A stretch of DNA of 64,000 nucleotides from Leptolyngbyaceae cyanobacterium (GTDB lineage Bacteria > Cyanobacteriota > Cyanobacteriia > Phormidesmidales > Phormidesmidaceae). Within the stretch, counting starts at the first letter, position 1; each line of letters begins with the position of its first letter. The stretch covers positions 2,272,001 through 2,336,000 of the forward strand of contig CBDHHL010000056.1 of assembly GCA_965263355.1 (NCBI GenBank), in the 5' to 3' direction. The notes below the pieces were generated by a model. It searched no databases, was not told the origin of the DNA, and saw only the letters and a program-made list of their open reading frames with translations. Shown piece after piece: positions 52,786-63,139 of this stretch. The position numbers were made by a program, and so were the translations under genes.

Positions 52786-54249
52786 ATGTCAAATTACATT
52801 CTGCCCCTCAATGGGTGCTTACGTAGTTTGACTTTAGGGGCCACTATTAAGTTCTTTGCTAGACGAAATAACCCTCGTCCGGGCATTCTAAATAAACAGT
52901 CTATGTTTCCCTCTTCGCCATCTAAGTCCGACTCTATGGCCGTTTCACATCAGCCTAAACGCCGTCTATTCGTCGGCAACTTACTTAGATTTTTTGCCTG
53001 GACTGGTATTTTCGGAACAACCGCAGTGGTGTCTGGGGCAGCCGGAGCTGCTTTTATCTTGACTGTTCCCCTGCCTAAGGGTCTGGGTGAAGCCACCGCG
53101 AATCCTCCCCTGAGCGACCTGTGGCAATCTGGATTTCGTTATCAGGTATCTCGTCCCGTTACTATCCTATTGATGGGTCTGGATGAAGCAAGGGATATCG
53201 AAGGTGCCAGACCAGATGATCTGGTCGGCCGCACTGACACTATCTTACTGGCGCGAGTTGATCCTGATGCGGAACAAATCAACGTTATGTCTATTCCCCG
53301 CGATACCCGTGTGGAAATTCCAGGCTATGGCGTCGATAAAATCAATCAGGCAAATGTGGAAGGTGGAGCCGAACTGGCTGCTCAAACCGTCAGCTATAAC
53401 TTTAATCAAGTTGAAATTGACCGATATGTACGGATAAGTACCGCTGCATTTCGCGAAATTGTCGATTTAATTGGCGGAGTGGAGGTGTTTGTCCCTAAAC
53501 CCATGAAATATGAGGACAAAACCCAAAATCTGGTGATTGATTTAGAACCTGGTTGGCAAACCCTCAATGGGAATGAAGCTGAGCAGTTTGCCCGGTTTCG
53601 GCAAGATAATTTAGGGGATATTGGTCGAGTACAACGGCAGCAAATCTTGCTAAAGGCATTGCGCGATCGCATGCTCAACCCCAAAGTCATTACCCAATTA
53701 CCCCAAATTGTTCGCATTCTGCAAAATCATATCGATACGAATCTATCGACCGAAGAGATACTTGCCTTAGCAGGCTTTGGACTGCAGCTAGATCGAGAAT
53801 CCCTCAATATGGTGATGCTGCCAGGTCAGTTTAGTAATCCTGAAGAGTATAGGGCCAGCTATTGGATTGCTGACAATAATCGCACTAACGAGGTCATGCA
53901 GGAGTTCTTTGATACTGAACCTGATGCTCTGCTAGCACACGACACTCCGCGACGATCCATTAGCCGCCTGCGTATAGCCATCCAAAATGCATCGAGAGAC
54001 CCCTATATGGCCCAAGCCGTAGCCGATCACCTACGCAATGAAGGTTTTCGAAATGTATACCTGATTGAGGATTGGCCAGACTTTCATCATCAGACAACCG
54101 TGATTGCTCAAAGAGGTGATCTAAATGGTGCTGATTTTCTAGAAGCCGTCTTGGGTACTGGGAAAGTCGTCGCTGACTCGACTGGAGACCTTGATTCTGA
54201 TATTACCATTCGCGTTGGCGATGACTGGACCGAGCAACTAACTCAGTAA
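52786..54249 (+). CDS. LCP (LytR-CpsA-Psr) family protein with LytR C-terminal domain; true start probably downstream
   Basis: RTDTILL, SIPRDT, KINQA, FARFR, GDIGRVQRQQ, DITIRVGDDW. Confidence 0.88.
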   Translation: MSNYILPLNGCLRSLTLGATIKFFARRNNPRPGILNKQSMFPSSPSKSDSMAVSHQPKRRLFVGNLLRFFAWTGIFGTTAVVSGAAGAAFILTVPLPKGLGEATANPPLSDLWQSGFRYQVSRPVTILLMGLDEARDIEGARPDDLVGRTDTILLARVDPDAEQINVMSIPRDTRVEIPGYGVDKINQANVEGGAELAAQTVSYNFNQVEIDRYVRISTAAFREIVDLIGGVEVFVPKPMKYEDKTQNLVIDLEPGWQTLNGNEAEQFARFRQDNLGDIGRVQRQQILLKALRDRMLNPKVITQLPQIVRILQNHIDTNLSTEEILALAGFGLQLDRESLNMVMLPGQFSNPEEYRASYWIADNNRTNEVMQEFFDTEPDALLAHDTPRRSISRLRIAIQNASRDPYMAQAVADHLRNEGFRNVYLIEDWPDFHHQTTVIAQRGDLNGADFLEAVLGTGKVVADSTGDLDSDITIRVGDDWTEQLTQ

Positions 54250-54516
54250 TCTAGTAAGCTCGAACCAGTGAGAATAACAACTATTAGTCTGTCAAGCCTG
54301 AGATTTAGGATGAGGCAAGTAAAGAGTAACTCTTTACTCTTGATTAATACAGAATCCTAATTTTTAGCATTGACGCTGCACTGGTTATGTATGCCTTCAG
54401 GAAACAGGGTAGCTTCTAGGACATACAGGGTTCCCATTTATGCTGATCAAGACCTTACTGACCACTCTGCTAGCTTGTGTTTGGCTACTCTTAGCCGCAA
54501 CACCTGCTCAGTAAAG

Positions 54517-55215
54517 CTATCCTAATGCTTGCATCAACGGTGACCATGCTGAAATATCGGCCATAAGGGTACGATACCCTAAAACATTTGGATGTAACCC
54601 ATCTTCACAAAGTCGCTCGTTGCACCAAGCCTGTCCTTTCGATTTCCATCGCTGAAACAGGTCTAAATAAGGAATCTCCCTGGCTTCACAAGCATGACGA
54701 GTCATTTGATTGTAATGAGCCTGATCAATACTGGAAAAGTAAAGTACATCTGCATAGGGCATCGGCGCTTCATTTACAGGCACCATTCCTACAAAATAAG
54801 TGGGGCAGAGTTGACTGGCTTGATCCAATAAACCGTGTAGCTCTCGGGTAAATGTAACCTCATCCGTCATCTGACGTCCCGTAGGTCTCCCCAAACGTGC
54901 ACTATCATTTAAGCCCACTGACAACACTAAAACGTCAGGCACTCGACGACGCAGTTCACCACGCAGCTTAAATTCACCTTCTAGTCTTGTGGCAACTTGC
55001 TTCACGCCATCGCCCCGAACACCCAAGTTATAAATAATTGGACCTGGCTGTGATGGATCCATCCATTGGCGACGCAAACGTTCAACCCAGCCACCCCCCT
55101 CAGTATCACCATAACCATAGATCAGGCTGTCGCCCACTATAACGACTTTTTTAGGATGAGCTGTTTTAGGTTGACAACCAGGAGCAACAGCAGCACGAGC
55201 AACAAGAGCAGCCAT
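54517..55215 (-). CDS. GDSL/SGNH hydrolase
   Basis: VGDSLIYG, NLGVRGD, GLND, DGLHPN. Confidence 0.85.
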   Translation of the reverse strand: MAALVARAAVAPGCQPKTAHPKKVVIVGDSLIYGYGDTEGGGWVERLRRQWMDPSQPGPIIYNLGVRGDGVKQVATRLEGEFKLRGELRRRVPDVLVLSVGLNDSARLGRPTGRQMTDEVTFTRELHGLLDQASQLCPTYFVGMVPVNEAPMPYADVLYFSSIDQAHYNQMTRHACEAREIPYLDLFQRWKSKGQAWCNERLCEDGLHPNVLGYRTLMADISAWSPLMQALG

Positions 55216-55376
55216 AGGAGACTTTAAAAAGAGCGGAATAACGGAACTAATGACGTTAGCCCCAGGAGCAAGTCCTTATATGTAGACTCCCGCAAATTAA
55301 CATTTTGTACCGCTTATTTTCAAATCTTTATGGTTATAAGCATATTTCGTGAATCTTGTAAGTATTTTGCATAATA

Positions 55377-55408
55377 ATTCCCCCGGCGCGATCTCACCCC
55401 GGGGGAAT
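55377..55408 (-). terminator. Hairpin downstream of gifA
   Basis: attcccccgg...ccgggggaat. Confidence 0.6.
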
Positions 55409-55434
55409 ATTCATTTCAAACAGTAGAACAATCG

Positions 55435-55635
55435 CTAGCTCATGGCCGCATGGCTTCGACCATAGATATGCTGTACATCATACCTGGGCTTACCTTGAAT
55501 TCTAATGCCTGCACCGATTGCATCGATGGGCATACCTACATCAGTAGCAGCACGGCTCAACAAAGAACGCTGTCGATTAGTAACAGCATGGCGATTACAA
55601 GCGATGCGAAGTCTGGCAGATTCCTGAATAGACAT
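55435..55635 (-). CDS. gifA: Glutamine synthetase inactivating factor IF7
   Basis: MSIQESAR...NRQRSLLSRAATDVG...QGKP...YGRSHAAMS matches the IF7 pattern; AGGAGG RBS; next to glnA; NtcA box in repressor position. Confidence 0.88.
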   Translation of the reverse strand: MSIQESARLRIACNRHAVTNRQRSLLSRAATDVGMPIDAIGAGIRIQGKPRYDVQHIYGRSHAAMS

Positions 55636-55704
55636 CCCTATTAACCTCCTACAAAAGTGATTTCAGAGGCACCGTTAGAGTGCCACACAATCTTTTCATC
55701 TTCA

Positions 55705-55736
55705 ATTATAGTCAATAAAACCGTATAAAATGATAC
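55705..55736 (-). promoter_or_regulatory. NtcA-repressed gifA promoter
   Basis: GTA-N8-TAC at 55723-55736 overlaps the -35 zone of a perfect TATAAT (55705-55710, minus strand). Confidence 0.82.
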
Positions 55737-55994
55737 GGTTTTATGATTAAATCAAAAAATAAATATTAAGTTTTGAATATGCGTTGTCAATATTTTCTAT
55801 ATCTTGTTGCTGTCTACCGCTAATTTTTTAACCTCATACAAAATCTGGGTATCCACTCAAGCTGGGAAATTCTGGTTAAGTAGGAATCTAGAATCCAGGA
55901 GCCAGAATTTAGAAGGGATATGGCTTCTGGCTCCTGACTTCTGATGTCTATCCTTAGGAAAACTTCCCGCTTTAAGTTGGTACCCCAAAATCTT

Positions 55995-56087
55995 GGCTAT
56001 CTGCACCCAATATCGGAAGGCATCCATAAGAGAGTGCCCCTCAAGACTGATACATTGTTTATCAGCGTTAATGAACTCGGATTTGGT
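55995..56087. repeat. Dispersed ~95-bp repeat, copy 2
   Basis: Homologous to 29168-29262. Confidence 0.7.
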
Positions 56088-56115
56088 ATCACACAGCACT
56101 AGAAACATTGAGCAA

Positions 56116-56148
56116 TAAAAAACGCCAGCATTTAGGCTGGCGTTTTTT
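56116..56148 (-). terminator. Terminator after glnA (bidirectional type)
   Basis: aaaaaacgccagc...gctggcgtttttt. Confidence 0.8.
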
Positions 56149-56188
56149 ACTTAAGTATTAAGTGAGCAATAAATTGCAGACGAATCGC

Positions 56189-57610
56189 TTAGCAATCGTA
56201 GTAGAGCGCTAACTCATAGGGGTGAGGACGAATATCCATGGGGATAACTTCCGTATCAAGCTTGTAGGAAATCCAGTTTTGGATAAAGTCTTCTGTGAAG
56301 ACTCCCCCTTGAGTCAAAAATTCATGATCAGTTTCTAATGCCGATAATGCTTCCTTCAAAGACCCTGGAGTGGATGCAATCTTAGCCAACTCTTCAGGGC
56401 TAAGCTCATAGATATCTTGATCAATAGGAGCAGGGGGCTCAATCTGATTCTTAATTCCATCGATACCAGCACAAAGCATTGCCGCAAAGGCCAGGTAAGG
56501 ATTAGATGTTGGATCAGGACAGCGGAACTCTAAACGCTTAGCCTTAGGACTATCACCAGACAGGGGAATCCGAATTGCAGCAGAACGGTTACCATTGGAG
56601 TACACCAAGTTAACAGGTGCCTCAAAACCAGGCACTAAACGCTTATAAGAATTTGTACTGGGATTGGAAAATGCTAGTACTGCAGGTGCATGCTTAAGTA
56701 GGCCACCAATATACCAAGTGGCTAACTGACTGAGGCCTGCATACATATCACCCGCCATTAATGGTTGTCCATCCTTCCAAATGGATTGGTGAGTGTGCAT
56801 CCCAGAACCGTTGTCCTCAAACAAAGGTTTCGGCATAAAGGTAACAGTCTTGCCGTACTTTTTCGCGACATTCTTGATGCAGTACTTGTAGGTCATCAAC
56901 CAGTCAGCTGCTTGGATCATTTCCCCAAAGCGGAAACCTAGTTCACACTGACCACCCGTTGCCACCTCATGGTGATGCTTCTCAATGGGCACACCACAAG
57001 CTGCCATAGTCAATAGCATCTCAGTCCGCATGTCTTGGGAAGTGTCGGTAGGAGACACTGGGAAATACCCGCCCTTATAAGCAGGCTTATATCCTAAGTT
57101 ACCGCCCTCTTCTTCACGCCCCGTATTCCAACGGCCTTCAACGGTGTCTACATGGTAGTAGCTGGCATTGGACGTGGTATCAAAGCGAACATCATCAAAA
57201 ATAAAGAACTCAGCTTCAGGGCCAAAATAAGCGGTGTCACCTATGCCGCTGGCCTTTAGATAATCCAATGCTTTTTGAGCAATTACACGGGGACAACGGT
57301 CGTACCACTCGCCAGTACGTGGCTCCTTAATCGAGCAAACCAAACTTAGGGTAGGCTCCTTCATAAAGGGATCAATCCAAGCCGTCGCCGGGTCAGGCAC
57401 CATCGACATGTCAGACTCGTTAATGGCCTTCCACCCACGGATACTTGAGCCATCAAATGCCACTCCATCGGTAAAGCTACTTTCATCAATCTGGCTGCGA
57501 TGCACCGTGAGGTGTTGCCAAATACCAGGCAAATCGATGAACTTCAGATCAATCATCTGGATGTCTTGATCGTTGATCATCTGCAAAACTTCTGCGGCAG
57601 TTTGAGCCAT
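56189..57610 (-). CDS. glnA: Glutamine synthetase type I
   Basis: [42 protein letters not shown]. Confidence 0.97.
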   Translation of the reverse strand: MAQTAAEVLQMINDQDIQMIDLKFIDLPGIWQHLTVHRSQIDESSFTDGVAFDGSSIRGWKAINESDMSMVPDPATAWIDPFMKEPTLSLVCSIKEPRTGEWYDRCPRVIAQKALDYLKASGIGDTAYFGPEAEFFIFDDVRFDTTSNASYYHVDTVEGRWNTGREEEGGNLGYKPAYKGGYFPVSPTDTSQDMRTEMLLTMAACGVPIEKHHHEVATGGQCELGFRFGEMIQAADWLMTYKYCIKNVAKKYGKTVTFMPKPLFEDNGSGMHTHQSIWKDGQPLMAGDMYAGLSQLATWYIGGLLKHAPAVLAFSNPSTNSYKRLVPGFEAPVNLVYSNGNRSAAIRIPLSGDSPKAKRLEFRCPDPTSNPYLAFAAMLCAGIDGIKNQIEPPAPIDQDIYELSPEELAKIASTPGSLKEALSALETDHEFLTQGGVFTEDFIQNWISYKLDTEVIPMDIRPHPYELALYYDC

Positions 57611-57942
57611 GGATTACTCCTTATATATGCATTCACTAAAGCCGTCTTTGAACTTCTTGAGGGAAATGTAGGCTTTGCAGTACGGACAGGCCAACACGTT
57701 TAACGGCCAAAACATTAAACAATGAGTGAGACCGAAAATGTGTACCTATTAGAAATTTTCTATATTCCTAAGTAGCGGCAAGCATATTCGCTCAACTCGG
57801 GCCACCTGACATGGCAAACAGAGAACTTCACTCATCCCCATACAACCCTTGAAACCGGCTAAGATTCAAAGGCTAGCCAGACCATTCAACAAAGCACTGC
57901 GTTTGAGTAAACATCAGTATTGACTCTGCCTAGGCTGGGATA

Positions 57943-57985
57943 ATCCTAGGAACAGTAATAACGAGCGATTGTATCTCTTGTTACA
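57943..57985 (-). promoter_or_regulatory. Canonical NtcA-activated (class II) glnA promoter
   Basis: GTA-N8-TAC at 57971-57984, then a 22-nt spacer and TAGGAT (TAN3T) at 57943-57948 on the minus strand. Confidence 0.85.
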
Positions 57986-58392
57986 AATTCAGGTTTTCTC
58001 TACATGCTGGCGGGGCAATTCAGACAACTCCTTCCACCTGAGGTGCAACAAACAATTGTTGCGAAACATTGCACATTGTAAAAAATAAGTAGCCCAATCC
58101 CTGTCTCGCTATGGTGTTTTGTCTGCTGTTTAATCCACCGTGGTAAACTAAGTTCTGGTATTTGAGTGTTGATAAGCGTTGTCGCTGAACGAGTTTCAGG
58201 ATTTATATGGCAGCGGCAAGACACTTGAAAAATACTTAGACAAGCAGCCAGATAGCTCTTGCGTTTGTTCTCATATTTAGTTCATTCCAATGGCTGATCA
58301 ATGCTTGAACAAGGACTTTCACCCCTAGTTTGGTTATAAGTTCCTACTTGATTTTTTGAGTCGCACATTAATCGCATCGGGAGAAAGGTTTC

Positions 58393-58902
58393 ATGCGGGA
58401 TACGGTGACGGGTTTAATTAGCACCTACGACATCACAGGTCGTTACCTCGATCGCGACGCCATCGCTTCTCTAAAGTCTTATTTTGAGAGTGGTGCTGAT
58501 CGAGTTAAAGCTGCAGCCTATGTCAGTGCCAATGCATCTAGCTTAGTAAAAGCTACTGCTACTGCGTTATATGAGCGAGTGCCTGAATTACTTCGTCCGG
58601 GGGGCAACTCCTACACCACGCGGCGCTATGCAGCGTGCCTACGAGATTTGGATTACTACCTGCGCTATAGCAGCTATGCCCTTGTAGCAGGCAATTGTGA
58701 TGTTCTGACAGAGCGGGTACTCAATGGTCTACGTGAAACCTATAATTCTTTGGAAGTGCCTGTGGGACCCACAGTTATTGCCATACAGATTATGAAGGAT
58801 GTCCTGAAAGAGCAGCTAGCGGCCCAAGGAATTGGGGACACTACATTTGTAGATGCGCCGTTTGACCATCTTGCCCGTGAACTAGGCGAAGTCAGTGTGT
58901 AA
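58393..58902 (+). CDS. apcF: Allophycocyanin beta-18 subunit
   Basis: MRDTVT...YLDRDAI, RPGGNSYTTRRYAACLRDLDYYLRY; divergent from glnA. Confidence 0.9.
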   Translation: MRDTVTGLISTYDITGRYLDRDAIASLKSYFESGADRVKAAAYVSANASSLVKATATALYERVPELLRPGGNSYTTRRYAACLRDLDYYLRYSSYALVAGNCDVLTERVLNGLRETYNSLEVPVGPTVIAIQIMKDVLKEQLAAQGIGDTTFVDAPFDHLARELGEVSV

Positions 58903-58927
58903 GCCTATCTAAGCAAAATAGTTTTGC

Positions 58928-58959
58928 AATGAGGTACTCAGTCGAGTACCTCATTTTTT
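58928..58959 (+). terminator. Terminator after apcF
   Basis: aatgaggtactc-agtc-gagtacctcatt followed by a T run. Confidence 0.78.
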
Positions 58960-58963
58960 ATGC

Positions 58964-60217
58964 TTGTTTATGAATTATTTGGGAATTGATTTTGGCACCT
59001 CAGGTGCACGGGCGATCGCAATTGATGTACAGGGACAAGTTGTTGGGGAAACACGCGCTCAGTACCCATCGCTAGAACCTAATGCACACGGATGGGAGCA
59101 AACATTATGGGCGTTGATTGCTCAGATACCAGGGGATGTGCGGCAAAAGATCAGCGCAATTGCCATTGATGGCACGTCGGCTACGGTTTTGCTATGCGAT
59201 CGCAATCACAAACCGCTCACGCCTCCCCTGCTCTATAACGATGCTCGTGGCGGTGTCCCCACGGTTGCCCCAGCTATGAGCCCCGCCCATAGCGCCACAT
59301 CTAGTCTGGCTAAGGCCCTGTGGTGGCAACACAATCTACCTGGCAGTTTGCTTGCCGATGCCCGTTTCCTAGTCCATCAAGCCGATTGGATCAGCAGCCT
59401 ACTCCATGGCCAACCTGGCATCAGTGATCATAACAACGCCCTGAAATTGGGATTTGATCCACAGACCTTGAACTATCCTGCCTGGCTCACAACCCTAGAA
59501 CTAATAAGTGATTGGCTACCACGTGTGATCGCACCAGGCGCAGCCGTCGCACCGATTCAAGCCCATCTTGCTAAGCATTTTGGACTGCCGGTCAACTGCA
59601 TGATCAAAACCGGCACAACCGATAGCATTGCTGCTTTCCTAGCCAGCGGTGCCAGGTCCATAGGAGACGCTGTCACTTCCCTGGGCTCCACGCTAGTTCT
59701 CAAATTGTTAAGTTCTGTTGCTATCAACGACTTTGCCAGTGGCATATACAGCCATCGTCTTGGCAACAAATGGCTGGTGGGTGGAGCATCCAATACAGGT
59801 GGGGCAGTCTTAAGCCACTACTTTAGTGATAATGAATTGCGCTTACTGAGTAAACAAATCAACACTAGCCAACCTAGCGGCTGCGATTATTATCCCCTCA
59901 TCAGCACTGGCGAACGATTTCCTATCAACGACCCCAACCTAAAACCACAATTGACACCCCGTCCCACAGACCCAGTAAAGTTTCTCCATGGCTTACTAGA
60001 AAGCATGGCCAGGATCGAAGCCCTAGGCTATCAAAAACTTATAGCCCTGGGCAGTGGCCCTATCAAGCGAATCTACACAGCCGGAGGTGGGGCCCAAAAT
60101 ACCGCATGGCAGACGTTACGTTCTCAGGCTCTCAGCACTCCGTTAGTGCCATCACTGCACACTGAAGCAGCCTACGGAACTGCATGTCTAGCCGCCGGAT
60201 TAGTTAGCCACGGCTAG
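58964..60217 (+). CDS. FGGY-family carbohydrate kinase
   Basis: LGIDFGTSGAR, GTTDSIAA, SLGSTL, AGGGA. Confidence 0.85.
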   Translation: MFMNYLGIDFGTSGARAIAIDVQGQVVGETRAQYPSLEPNAHGWEQTLWALIAQIPGDVRQKISAIAIDGTSATVLLCDRNHKPLTPPLLYNDARGGVPTVAPAMSPAHSATSSLAKALWWQHNLPGSLLADARFLVHQADWISSLLHGQPGISDHNNALKLGFDPQTLNYPAWLTTLELISDWLPRVIAPGAAVAPIQAHLAKHFGLPVNCMIKTGTTDSIAAFLASGARSIGDAVTSLGSTLVLKLLSSVAINDFASGIYSHRLGNKWLVGGASNTGGAVLSHYFSDNELRLLSKQINTSQPSGCDYYPLISTGERFPINDPNLKPQLTPRPTDPVKFLHGLLESMARIEALGYQKLIALGSGPIKRIYTAGGGAQNTAWQTLRSQALSTPLVPSLHTEAAYGTACLAAGLVSHG

Positions 60218-60312
60218 ACCGTAAAACTGCCGCTATCCATGATTGTCAGCAAAAAGCCAATGTTCACTATGAACACTGGCTCAGTAAAAGCTCTTATCAA
60301 AAAAACTCAGCT

Positions 60313-60426
60313 CTAGAAGTTGAGCTGATCACCACGGCGATACTGCATATAGGCAGCGACAAACAAACCGGCCAACGTTACCGGAATTAGACCCAAAACA
60401 ATTCCTGATAGTAAAGGTTCAATCAC
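60313..60426 (-). CDS. petG: Cytochrome b6f subunit V
   Basis: Manual translation from a GTG start: [37 protein letters not shown] (37 aa), below the ORF-track cutoff. Confidence 0.93.
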   Translation of the reverse strand: MIEPLLSGIVLGLIPVTLAGLFVAAYMQYRRGDQLNF

Positions 60427-60718
60427 GCCGCATTTTCCTCAATGACTTACAAGCTAACAGAAGCAATGACAGCTACACATTACTTCTTCTACCTTTATAT
60501 TAAGACATTGCCTTAATTGAGCCTAGCCCTAGAATCAATTTCCCAATAATTCGGCCAGAGTGAACATCTGGCTCGTTTGCTAAAATTCAGAGCTAAACCA
60601 TTAATAGTTTAATAAAAGCTAAAGATTTCACCCTTATTTTCAAGCTGAAACAACTTGCACTCTCTCCTGAGAAAACTTTAAACTGTGTATCATACGCGTA
60701 ATAAAAAAGTGTTACGTT

Positions 60719-61135
60719 TTGCTTGTGACCCAAAATACTGTCGATAGTCCAGCCATTACTCAGTCCCCCCTGACCAACCAGGATAGTCGGCTGGTTGTAC
60801 AGTTTGCCTTAGCAGCGACTACTATTTTGATATGCATCATCTTAATTGTTTGGGGCATTCACAAGGTCCAGATTTCTGATCCCTACATTCACGATGTTTT
60901 AAATTCTGTGGGCAACCTCGAACGGGGTCAGCAATTGTTTTGGCAGAACTGTGCCACCTGCCATGGTTCAAACGGAGCTGGTGAGGTTGGTCCTGATCTA
61001 CAGAGTGTTTCAGAGCGTAAGTCACAGGTCGCCTTAATTAGACAGGTCATCAGTGGCAAAACTCCACCCATGCCGCAGTTTCAACCCAGTACTCAGGATA
61101 TGGCTGACCTGTTGGTATTTTTAGAAACCTTATAG
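60719..61135 (+). CDS. cytM: Cytochrome cM
   Basis: N-terminal TM segment, DPYI, CATCHG heme motif, GKTPPMPQFQP; divergent from petG. Confidence 0.8.
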   Translation: MLVTQNTVDSPAITQSPLTNQDSRLVVQFALAATTILICIILIVWGIHKVQISDPYIHDVLNSVGNLERGQQLFWQNCATCHGSNGAGEVGPDLQSVSERKSQVALIRQVISGKTPPMPQFQPSTQDMADLLVFLETL

Positions 61136-61340
61136 GGTTAGGTATTGGCATCGCTAGGTAATCAAAGAACAAGAGGGTGATATCTGCTTGATTTTCACCC
61201 CCTTGTTTTTTGTCATAACGAATACGAAATCCTGGCTACTTACTCAATATGACAGATTGACCACAAAGGGTTGGCTCCAAAGATTGATGCCGTTAGAAAC
61301 GGGGTCAATTTGCGGATTTGGGGTAGCGGATCAATGTCAC

Positions 61341-62402
61341 CTAACCTTGCCGACCGGTACGTTCTAGACCTAATTGAATCAACTGATCCACAAGCTGAGC
61401 AAACTCAATCCCAGACGCTTGCCATAGCATAGGATACATACTAGTCGCAGTGAATCCTGGAAAAGTATTGATTTCATTGATGAGTACTTCGCCAGTACTC
61501 TCTACATAGAAAAAATCTACCCGTGACAAACCAGCCCCATCAATGGCTTGAAATGCTTGAACAGCCTGCTCCTGAATAGTGGTTACCACATCACTTGGCA
61601 GCGGTGCCGGAATCGCTAAATCGGCTTGACCACTGGTGTACTTGGTCTCGTAGTCATAGAAATCGGCATCAAAGCTAATTTCACCAATGACTGATGCCTT
61701 CGGATTGTCATTGCCCAGAATTGCACATTCCACTTCACGGGCAATGACACCAGCTTCCACAATAATGCGGCGATCATAACTGGCGGCACTATCAAGGGCT
61801 GCCTCTAGTTCTTGACGATCCTTAGCTTTGGCAATACCTACAGATGAGCCCAAGTTAGCAGGTTTTACAAAGCATGGATAGCCGAGGTTATCTTCTATCT
61901 GATCGCATAGCTTCGGAAAAACGCAGGGATTGGAATAGACTTGCGATCGCAACACCTCGATATAGTTCACCTGGGGCAATCCCACCTGTGCAAACGCAGA
62001 CTTCATCGCCAGCTTATCCATACCCACTGCCGCAGCCAAGACGCCACAGCCCACATAGGGAACCTGCATCAGCTCAAACAGTCCCTGAATCGTTCCATCC
62101 TCACCATTGGGTCCATGGAGCACAGGGAACCAGATATCCACATCAGTTGCTAACTTCGGTAGGCGATCGATAAGTGATATTTCATCCGTCCCAATCACTA
62201 ATGGCTTACCGGAAGTCAATACATCCTGGGCATCCATAACCCACACACCATCCTTACGGATATAAACGGGTAGGATTTCATACTTCTCAAAATTCCCCTT
62301 GAGGCTTAACCCATGGGCAATCGCCTGGGCCGAACAAATAGATACCTCATGCTCTCCAGAACAACCACCAAACAATAAGCCTACGCGCATTTTTGCCATC
62401 AA
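61341..62402 (-). CDS. ddl: D-alanine-D-alanine ligase
   Basis: [38 protein letters not shown]. Confidence 0.95.
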   Translation of the reverse strand: MMAKMRVGLLFGGCSGEHEVSICSAQAIAHGLSLKGNFEKYEILPVYIRKDGVWVMDAQDVLTSGKPLVIGTDEISLIDRLPKLATDVDIWFPVLHGPNGEDGTIQGLFELMQVPYVGCGVLAAAVGMDKLAMKSAFAQVGLPQVNYIEVLRSQVYSNPCVFPKLCDQIEDNLGYPCFVKPANLGSSVGIAKAKDRQELEAALDSAASYDRRIIVEAGVIAREVECAILGNDNPKASVIGEISFDADFYDYETKYTSGQADLAIPAPLPSDVVTTIQEQAVQAFQAIDGAGLSRVDFFYVESTGEVLINEINTFPGFTATSMYPMLWQASGIEFAQLVDQLIQLGLERTGRQG

Positions 62403-62590
62403 GTCGGCCCCTTTTTACCTAAAAAATAAATTAATGCTGCTTTAGAGACACAACCAAGTCAACGTTCCCCTTGGGGCGTATTGGAGCATCTACTCCATAA
62501 GTAAAAAGCAACACTAAAAAGAATATTAAGAGGTTAACCGATCACAGGCTTAATCTATTCATCACAGGAGTTCTCAAAAGATTACTGGGC

Positions 62591-62649
62591 AAAAAAAACT
62601 CCTAAGCCCTAAAAGGGCTCAGGAGTCAGACATCAGGGTGCATCTACCA
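62591..62649 (-). ncRNA. NsiR1-like sRNA, copy A
   Basis: TGGTAGATGCACCCTGATGTCTGA, then terminator CTCCTGAGCCC-TTTTA-GGGCTTAGGAG-T8; TCCGGA at 62679-62684. Confidence 0.65.
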
Positions 62650-62767
62650 GCTAACTGTCCACGGCATTCACCCTTACTTCCGGACAGAACAAAAATTAGC
62701 ATGCACATTCTCATAATCCTTTATTTGACTCAACGACTGGACTCCAAATATGACCCTAAAAATTTTG

Positions 62768-62826
62768 AAAAAAAACTCCTAAGCCCTAAAAGGGCTCAGG
62801 AGTCAGACATCAGGGTGCATCTACCA
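62768..62826 (-). ncRNA. NsiR1-like sRNA, copy B
   Basis: Same core and terminator as copy A; TCCGGA at 62856-62861. Confidence 0.65.
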
Positions 62827-62943
62827 GCTAACTGTCCACGGCATTCACCCCTACTTCCGGACAGAACAAAAATTAGCGTGCACATTCTCACAATCCTTTA
62901 TTTGACTCAACGATTGACTCCAAATATGGCCCTAAAAATTTTG

Positions 62944-63002
62944 AAAAAAAACTCCTAAGCCCTAAAAGGACCCAGGAGTCAGACATCAGGGTGCATCTAC
63001 CA
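62944..63002 (-). ncRNA. NsiR1-like sRNA, copy C
   Basis: Same core; terminator has two substitutions that keep pairing as G-U; TCCGGA at 63032-63037. Confidence 0.65.
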
Positions 63003-63139
63003 GCTAACTGTCCACGGCATTCACCCCTACTTCCGGACAGAACAAAAAATCAACTGGCATTCAATCATTGGCATCACTTACCAAAAGAAAGCATCAAGAT
63101 TTTAGAGACCCCGTGAAAAAAACAACATGACCAGAGATA

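Larger units (their letters stand above)
62591..63048 (-). repeat. Tandem array of 176-177 bp units (about 2.6 periods, three complete promoter-RNA-terminator cassettes)
   Basis: Units begin at 62591, 62768 and 62944; near-identical with a few SNPs/indels. Confidence 0.92.

Noticed and set aside
55450..55644. 64-aa plus-strand ORF
   Set aside because: Antisense to gifA, which has the homology, RBS and promoter support
55636..55704. Glutamine (glnA-motif) riboswitch upstream of the gif gene
   Set aside because: Only a short ggcac/gtgcc hairpin is visible; I could not find the conserved riboswitch junction sequences
62638..62958. 106-aa plus-strand ORF inside the repeat array
   Set aside because: By-product of a period divisible by 3; broken by a 1-bp indel in the second unit; terminator and G-U evidence favours a minus-strand RNA
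62591..63048. CRISPR array interpretation of the tandem repeat
   Set aside because: Whole 177-bp units are repeated with no unique spacers, and there are no cas genes in the window
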